A stretch of DNA of 64,000 nt, from NCBI GenBank assembly GCA_041649635.1, contig JBAZMV010000005.1, positions 65,976 through 129,975 on the forward strand, written 5' to 3'. The notes under the pieces are model-generated. The model worked only from the letters and a program-made list of their open reading frames with translations. It ran no database searches and was not told the DNA's origin. Positions 57,883-64,000 of the stretch are shown piece after piece (the stretch's first letter is position 1; each line of letters opens with the position of its first letter). Both the position numbers and the translations under genes were made by a program. Source of the stretch: Dehalococcoidia bacterium (GTDB taxonomy: Bacteria > Chloroflexota > Dehalococcoidia > E44-bin15).

Positions 57883-60609
57883 TTATTTCATCTCGCCCCA
57901 GTTTGCGCCGACCTTAACGTCGGCGACGAGCGGGACGTCCAGCTTCAGCGCCTTTGGCATGATCTCCAGCACGAGATGTTTCATCTCGTCGAGGGCGTCG
58001 GCCGGCACCTCGAAGACGAGTTCGTCGTGCACCTGCAGCAGCATGCGGCAGCCGCTGCCATTCGGGCCGAGGCCTCTGTCGTCCATCTCTTTCTGAACCA
58101 TTATCATGGCCAGCTTGGTGATGTCGGCGGCCGTGCCCTGTATAGGCATGTTTATCGCCATGCGCTCGGCCGCCATGCGTATCATACCGTTGGAGTTATT
58201 GATATCGGGAATGTAACGCCTGCGTCCCAGCAGCGTCTCAACATATCCGTGCTGGCGCGCCTGCTGCTTGGTCGCTTCCAGGTATTCGGCTACGCCTTTG
58301 TATTTATCGAAATAGGTCTTGATGAACTGCGAGGCCTCGGCGCGCGAGAGGCTCGTGGCCTGCTCCAGGCCGTAATCGCTCATGCCGTAGATGACGCCGA
58401 AGTTGACGGTCTTGGCCACGCGGCGCATGTCCGAATTAACATCGTCGGGAGAAAGGTTGAATATCTTTGCCGCCGTAGCGCGGTGGATATCTTCCCCGTT
58501 GCGGAACGCCTCGATGAGCTGCGGGTCCTGCGAGAGGTGGGCCAGCGCCCGCAGGTCGATCTGGGAGTAGTCGCCGCTGAGCAGCAGGTTACCCTCTCCG
58601 GCGATGAAGGCTTTCCTTACCTGAAGCCCCAGCTCGCCTTTCACCGGTATGTTTTGCAGGTTCGGGTCGGACGACGATAATCTGCCCGTCGTCGTTGCCG
58701 CCTGGTTGAAGCTGGTGTGCACCCGCCCTGTCTTAGGATTAATCAATGCGGGAAGGGCGTCGACGTATGTCGATTTCAACTTGGACAGCTGGCGGTACTC
58801 CAGCACAAGGTCGACAACAGGATGCACCCCTCTCAGCCCCTCCAGTATCGAGGCGTCGGTGGAGTAGCCGCTCTTGGTCTTCCTGCCGCTGGGCAGGCCG
58901 AGTTTTTCAAACAGCACCATACCCATCTGTTGCGGTGAATTGATATTGAACTGCTGTCCCGCGAGTTGATATATCTCAGCCTCGATGGCGCCCATGCGCT
59001 CTCCCAGACTCCGCGACATTGCGCCGAGCGAATCCGTGTCGAGCGCTATGCCGGCGCACTCCATCTCGCGCAGGATGGGCACGAGTGGCATCTCGACCTC
59101 GTTGAACAGCTTCCAGAGCCCCTGCTCCTTAAGCTCGTTTTCAAAGATGTGCGCCAGCCGCAGCGTCATGTCGGCGTCGGCGCAGGCGTAGCTGACTGCG
59201 TCGGTTATGGCAACATTGTCGAAAGTCTGCTGTTTGGCTCCTTTACCGATGAGGTTCGTTATCGGCGTCATCTCTATGCCGAGCCGGTTGAAGGCCAGCG
59301 CCTTGAGCCCAAGCGATTTCTCGCCCAGCAGATAGGCTGCGATCATAGTGTCGAAGGACAGGTTGTCGATTTCGATTCCATTTTCGATGAGCACGGTCGA
59401 GTCGTATTTTCCGTTGTGCGTGACCTTGGCCTTCTTCGTGTCGGCTAATATCGGTTCCAGTCGATCGCGTACTTTATCGAGGGGAAGCTGCGTTCCTTCG
59501 CGGTGTCCAACCGGTATATAAAATGCTTTCCCTTCCTCGATGCAGAAGGACAGGCCGACAATGTTTGCGGACAGCGCGTTCAGGCTGTCGGTTTCCAGGT
59601 CCACGGCGAAGGTTTCGGCCTTGCTTAGCACTGAAAAAAGTCTATCCAGGGTGTCCTCGGTATCGACGACGCAGTAGTCGGAGTCGACCGTGCATACCTC
59701 GGGCCGCTGCTCCTGTTTGCTCGTCCCGACCTCGTCCAGCCTGGGCATGAGCTTGGTGAATTCCAGGTCGCGGAAAAGATCGATCAGCCTGGCGCGGTCG
59801 AAGTCGCTCCTGGCGCAGGCATCAAGGTCGAGCTTGACCGGCGCGTCGGTGACTATCGTTGCCAGCCGCTTGCTGCGGTGCGCGTCCTGCTCGCCGTCGG
59901 CTAGTGCTTTCTTAGCTTTGGCAGTATCAACCTCGTCCAAATGCTCGTATATGCCTTCGACGGACTTGTATTGCTGCAGAAGCTTGGTCGCCGTCTTCTC
60001 GCCGATGCCGTGCACCCCTGCGATGTTGTCGGAAGGGTCTCCCTTGAGACCTTTAAAATCGGCTATCTGCGCCGGGGATAGGCCGTAGCGCTCAATTACC
60101 TTCTCCTCATCGTATAGTATGGTGTCGCTGAAAGGCTTGCCCGGTCTGGGCGTGAGCACCTTCACCTGCGGTGAGACGAGCTGCAGCGTGTCCATGTCCC
60201 CGGTGACGATTATCGTATCGATGCCTGCATCGGTTGCCTGGCGCGCCAGCGTGCCAAGTATGTCGTCGGCCTCGTATCCCTCCAGCTCGATGCTGGGGAT
60301 GTTGAACGCGTCGACGAGCTGGTGCACCCGCTTGAACTGGCTCTTCAGCTCCTCAGGCGCGGGCGGGCGGTGCGCTTTGTATTCGGCGAACTCTTTGTGC
60401 CGGAACGTCGGGGCTGGGTAGTCGAAGGCCACGGCGCAGCAGGCCGGCTTCAGCTCGCCCAGCACCTTGAGCACCATGTTGGCGAAGCCGTAGACGGCGC
60501 CCGTGGACTCGCCCGTCTTCCGCACCGATAGCGGCGGCAGGGCATGGAAGGCGCGGTGGATCAGGGCGTTGCCGTCGAAGAGAACGAGGAGCTTTTTCTG
60601 TTCCGACAT
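57883..60609 (-). CDS. polA: DNA polymerase I
   Basis: 5'-3' exonuclease N-terminus (LVLFDGNALIHRAFHAL), 3'-5' exo-like domain and PolA palm motifs. Start trimmed to MSEQKK at 60609. Confidence 0.9.
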   Translation of the reverse strand: MSEQKKLLVLFDGNALIHRAFHALPPLSVRKTGESTGAVYGFANMVLKVLGELKPACCAVAFDYPAPTFRHKEFAEYKAHRPPAPEELKSQFKRVHQLVDAFNIPSIELEGYEADDILGTLARQATDAGIDTIIVTGDMDTLQLVSPQVKVLTPRPGKPFSDTILYDEEKVIERYGLSPAQIADFKGLKGDPSDNIAGVHGIGEKTATKLLQQYKSVEGIYEHLDEVDTAKAKKALADGEQDAHRSKRLATIVTDAPVKLDLDACARSDFDRARLIDLFRDLEFTKLMPRLDEVGTSKQEQRPEVCTVDSDYCVVDTEDTLDRLFSVLSKAETFAVDLETDSLNALSANIVGLSFCIEEGKAFYIPVGHREGTQLPLDKVRDRLEPILADTKKAKVTHNGKYDSTVLIENGIEIDNLSFDTMIAAYLLGEKSLGLKALAFNRLGIEMTPITNLIGKGAKQQTFDNVAITDAVSYACADADMTLRLAHIFENELKEQGLWKLFNEVEMPLVPILREMECAGIALDTDSLGAMSRSLGERMGAIEAEIYQLAGQQFNINSPQQMGMVLFEKLGLPSGRKTKSGYSTDASILEGLRGVHPVVDLVLEYRQLSKLKSTYVDALPALINPKTGRVHTSFNQAATTTGRLSSSDPNLQNIPVKGELGLQVRKAFIAGEGNLLLSGDYSQIDLRALAHLSQDPQLIEAFRNGEDIHRATAAKIFNLSPDDVNSDMRRVAKTVNFGVIYGMSDYGLEQATSLSRAEASQFIKTYFDKYKGVAEYLEATKQQARQHGYVETLLGRRRYIPDINNSNGMIRMAAERMAINMPIQGTAADITKLAMIMVQKEMDDRGLGPNGSGCRMLLQVHDELVFEVPADALDEMKHLVLEIMPKALKLDVPLVADVKVGANWGEMK

Positions 60610-60651
60610 AGTGGAAACATTATAAGGCGGGGGGATGGGGATGGCAATCAA

Positions 60652-61100
60652 TCGTTAATACGGAATCACTTTTCAGTGCTGTTGAAGGTGTTACTCACCT
60701 TCAACAAGTCTAATGGCTGCCGTAACGGTGAAGAACAAAGCGCTGGACAAAAGGGTCGTATCTGGTAGGGGCATCCTTCCATATGCCTTAATGTCATGGA
60801 AGGACTGTGCCCCTACGTTTTTTCATACATCGGTCATCGTGTAGAGACGCAATCCTTCTAATACGGGAAGGACGTCTCTATGTCTGTCAACCGGCACAGA
60901 GATGTAGGGGCGAATAATTATTCGCCCACAGTTCAGCAGCCGTAGGGTGGGTTTGGCTAACCCACCGTCTTTGTGGTCATGGGCTGGTGGGTTTCGCAAA
61001 GCTCTACCCACCCTACATCTACATCGATAAATGGGGATTTTCTATGCAGAAAACCATTGACATCACATGATTTATCCCCTATAATTTAGACCTCAGAAGA
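60652..61100. repeat. REP-like array (multiple GTAGGG-hairpin-CCCTAC units) between polA and pyrG
   Basis: gtaggggcatccttccatatgcc..., gtaggggcgaataattattcgcccacag, cgtagggtgggtttggctaacccacc, ggtgggtttcgcaaagctctacccaccctac. Confidence 0.85.
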
Positions 61101-61213
61101 GCAATTTCCCCGATCCCCCGTTGCTTCTTCGCATTGTTAAGACCACGAGAAGGTAGTTCTTCTCATTCATATATGTCGTTACACCTACCATCTCGCCGAA
61201 AGGAATCGAACTG

Positions 61214-62839
61214 ATGACGAAGTATATCTTTGTGACCGGCGGCGTAGTAAGCTCAGTAGGAAAAGGTACCGCCGTCGCCTCCATCGGCAGAATCCTGAAA
61301 AGTCGCAACATCTCAGTATCGGTTCAAAAACTAGACCCTTACCTGAACGCCGAGCCCGGACTGATCTCCCCCTATCAGCACGGCGAAGTGTATCTCACCC
61401 ACGACGGCGCGGAGACGGACCTGGACCTGGGCCACTACGAGAGGTTCATCGATACGGACTTGAACGCCTCGTCCAGCGTTTCGGCGGGACAGATATACGG
61501 CGAACTCATCACCAAGGAACGGCGCGGCGAGTTCAACGGCGGCACCATTCAGGTTATACCGAACCTTACCAATGAAATAAAGAGCCGTTCCCGCAAGGTA
61601 GCCCAGGAGAGCGGCGCGGATGTGGTTATTGTAGAAGTGGGCGGCACTGTGGGCGACATCGAGGGGCTTCCCTTCCTGGAGGCCATACGCCAGATGAGGA
61701 GCGAGGTCGGCAGGAAGAACGTGCTGTACGTGCACCTCACGCTCCTGCCTTATCTCCAGTCGACCCTGGAGCTCAAGACCAAGCCGACACAGCACAGCGT
61801 CAACGAGCTCAGGCGCATCGGTATACAGCCGGACGTCATCATTTTGCGCAGCGACCTGCCCATCACCGAGGATATCAGGGATAAGATCGCGCTGTTCTGC
61901 GACGTTGACCGGAAGGCCGTAATGCCCCTGCCGACGCTCCCCGTGATCTACGAAACTCCTCTCGTACTGGAGGAAGCCGGCCTGGGAGAGTTTATTGTCG
62001 AAAAGTTCGAGCTGCCGAAGAACCACGTAGATTTCAGCGAATGGAGAGACCTGGTGGAGCGGATGAAAGCTCCCAAGGAATCGGTGAACATAGCGCTGGT
62101 GGGGCAGTACGTTGAGTTGAGGGATGCGTACCTGTCGGTCAAGGAGGCGCTGCGCCACGCCGCGGTTTTTAACGACAGGGATATCAACATACAGTGGATA
62201 CAGGCGGAGACGCTGGAGAAGGATGGGGACGGGCTGCTGCACTCCGCGCAGGGCATCATCGTTCCCGGAGGAGCGGGTATCCGCGGGGTGGAGGGTCTGA
62301 TAATCGCGGCGCGCTACGCCAGGGAGCACAACATACCTTATCTGGGCTCGTCGCTGGGAATGCATGCCATGATCATCGAATTCGCCAGGCACGTGCTCGG
62401 CTCTCACACGCCGAACTCCACGGAGTTCGACCCGGGCACGGCTCACCCGGTCATCGACAAGATGCAGGAACGTCGCGACGAAGCGGCCTGTTCACATGCT
62501 ATCAGGCTGGGCGCGTTTCCATTAAATATACTGCCCGGAACTAAGGCGGCTGCAATATATAATCAGGATTCCGTGCAGGAGCGGTTCCGCCAGAATTTTG
62601 AGTTTAACACCAATTTCCGCGATAACCTGGAAAGCGCGGGCATGGTCTTCAGCGGACTGTCGCCGGACGGACGTCAGGTGGAGATATGCGAACTTAAAGA
62701 ACATAGCTTCATGATAGGTTGCCAGTACCATCCGGAATTCGTGTCGCGCCCCACCCGCCCGCACCCGCTGTTCCGTGAATTCATAGCGGCGGCCAAGGGC
62801 GTTCTGCTCGAAGGGTCGCAGCCTGCCTTGCCAATATAG
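61214..62839 (+). CDS. pyrG: CTP synthase
   Basis: MTKYIFVTGGVVSSVGKG synthetase N-terminus. C-terminal class I glutamine amidotransferase. Confidence 0.9.
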   Translation: MTKYIFVTGGVVSSVGKGTAVASIGRILKSRNISVSVQKLDPYLNAEPGLISPYQHGEVYLTHDGAETDLDLGHYERFIDTDLNASSSVSAGQIYGELITKERRGEFNGGTIQVIPNLTNEIKSRSRKVAQESGADVVIVEVGGTVGDIEGLPFLEAIRQMRSEVGRKNVLYVHLTLLPYLQSTLELKTKPTQHSVNELRRIGIQPDVIILRSDLPITEDIRDKIALFCDVDRKAVMPLPTLPVIYETPLVLEEAGLGEFIVEKFELPKNHVDFSEWRDLVERMKAPKESVNIALVGQYVELRDAYLSVKEALRHAAVFNDRDINIQWIQAETLEKDGDGLLHSAQGIIVPGGAGIRGVEGLIIAARYAREHNIPYLGSSLGMHAMIIEFARHVLGSHTPNSTEFDPGTAHPVIDKMQERRDEAACSHAIRLGAFPLNILPGTKAAAIYNQDSVQERFRQNFEFNTNFRDNLESAGMVFSGLSPDGRQVEICELKEHSFMIGCQYHPEFVSRPTRPHPLFREFIAAAKGVLLEGSQPALPI

Positions 62840-63270
62840 AAAGCAATAATAGAAAGTATTGTATAGGCAACTCCGTAGTGGCGATTCGTGAATCGCCCTC
62901 TCCTGAATCAAGAGCAGGGCGGGTTTGAAGCCCGCCGTTGTGGAACCTTAACGGCAGCCTCCTTAACATTATTAATAAAGATTGGCGACGGCAAAGCGTC
63001 TCTAGTGCTGTGGTTCTAGGAGTGTCCCGTAGAGGCGGGTTTGAAACCCGCCCCTACACGATGACCGAAATATTGGACATAAAGGGGATTAAATACCGCG
63101 AGATTGCCACGTCGTTCTTCCTAGGAAGGACTCGCAATGACAGCAGCGAGAGACAGGGGAGTCCAGAGGGAGCGCCCTCTGACGGGGTTTTAGGGGTGTC
63201 CCCTATCTTTAATTAAATTCCCCCAAGAGTGGGGGATACAGGGGGTTGATTAGCCCCAATCGAAAATTTC
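62840..63270. repeat. REP-like array plus inverted partial composite element B between pyrG and tal
   Basis: ggcgggtttgaagcccgcc, gtagaggcgggtttgaaacccgcccctac, ggaaggactcgcaatgac. Inverted ggggacacccctaaaacccc module at about 63176..63262. Confidence 0.85.
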
Positions 63271-63293
63271 AATAATCAATCGGAGACAACGGA

Positions 63294-63941
63294 ATGCAGT
63301 TATTTCTTGACACGGCAAATATAGACCAGATACGGCAGGCCGCCAGGATGGGTCTCATCAGCGGCGTTACCACCAACCCCAGCCTGGTTGCCAAGGAAGG
63401 CTCGTCGAATCTTAAAGAGAGGATACTTGAGATATGCTCTCTCGTGGACGGCTCCATCTCGGTGGAGGTATTAAGCCTGGACACGGAGGGCATGATAAAG
63501 GAGGCCAGAGAGGTCGCCGCGTGGCACAGGAACGTGACGGTTAAGATGCCGGTATCGGAGGCGGGGTACGAGGCCATCAGCATCCTGTCGAAGGAGGATA
63601 TCAAAACGAACCTCACGCTGTGTTTCTCCCCCGCCCAGACGCTGCTCGGCGCCCGCGCCGGCGCCACCTACGTCAGCCCGTTCGTGGGAAGGCTGGATGA
63701 CATAGGACATCGCGGAATGGACGTAGTCGCCGAGACCGTGGAGATATTCCAAAAACACAATCTGCCGACACAGGTGATAGCCGCCAGCATAAGACACCCG
63801 CTGCACGTTATCGAAGCGGCCAAGTGCGGCTCGCACATAGCTACCGTGCCTTACGATATATTAATGAAGATGATGAAGCACCCCCTCACCGACATCGGGA
63901 TCGCACGCTTTATCGAAGACTGGAAGAAGGTGAAACCATGA
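63294..63941 (+). CDS. tal: Transaldolase / fructose-6-phosphate aldolase (short TalC/FSA type)
   Basis: [31 protein letters not shown]. The Schiff-base Lys lies within VTVKMP. 215 aa. Confidence 0.8.
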   Translation: MQLFLDTANIDQIRQAARMGLISGVTTNPSLVAKEGSSNLKERILEICSLVDGSISVEVLSLDTEGMIKEAREVAAWHRNVTVKMPVSEAGYEAISILSKEDIKTNLTLCFSPAQTLLGARAGATYVSPFVGRLDDIGHRGMDVVAETVEIFQKHNLPTQVIAASIRHPLHVIEAAKCGSHIATVPYDILMKMMKHPLTDIGIARFIEDWKKVKP

Positions 63942-64000
63942 CAATGAATACCGCGAACTCAATGAATACAATGAATACAATGAACACAGCCAACGCCCTG
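63938..64000 (+). CDS. 3'-partial ORF beginning [21 protein letters not shown] (Met-Asn-Thr triplet repeats), overlapping the tal stop
   Basis: The ATGA start/stop overlap and nine-nt repeats atgaataca. It is truncated by the window end, so very weak. Confidence 0.15.
   Translation, partial: MTMNTANSMNTMNTMNTANAL

Overview
The window is a mostly housekeeping bacterial chromosome segment that is visibly GC-rich, with tightly packed genes on both strands. I cannot assign a taxon from sequence alone.

Recognisable genes, in order:
- msrB, ilvE, a MarR regulator with an MFS (DHA2) exporter, and folE.
- A flavin-reductase-like gene, two tandem DAGK/YegS-like lipid kinases, thrC and hom.
- A SurA/parvulin-like PPIase, the rpsF-ssb-rpsR operon, glyA and comF.
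- Two paralogous marR-MMPL/RND transporter modules.
- thpR/ligT, an amidohydrolase, a split transketolase, proB-proA, a CBS protein, mfd, greA, lysS and serS.
- sucC with a small membrane ORF before sucD, then surE.
- An ADP-forming acetyl-CoA synthetase-like gene, mnmE, a second MFS gene and a NYN-domain protein.
- A pantothenate operon: a DUF2520-type putative ketopantoate reductase, panD, panB, a GYD protein and panC.
- mutM, polA, pyrG and tal/fsa.

Eight tRNA genes are present. tRNA-Ser(TGA) is on the + strand. A compact minus-strand array carries Leu(TAA), Cys, Gly, Leu(GAG), Trp, Arg(CCT) and Ala(CGC).

The most striking non-coding content is a very dense set of nested palindromic repeat arrays in almost every larger intergenic gap. 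One family is REP-like, with hairpins carrying GTAGGGG/CCCCTAC ends. A cognate REP-associated tyrosine transposase (RAYT, Y1 HUH) gene sits at 36659..37216. A second composite element of about 100-150 bp occurs at least 5 times in both orientations.

Several visibly AT-rich islets interrupt the GC-rich backbone (1-760, 22700-23330, 26150-27700, 37250-38250). They carry orphan genes:
- a two-gene zinc-ribbon cassette;
- a PLD-like nuclease with topoisomerase-type zinc ribbons next to tRNA-Ser;
- a membrane orphan.
These are the best candidates for undescribed, horizontally acquired functions, possibly defense-related.
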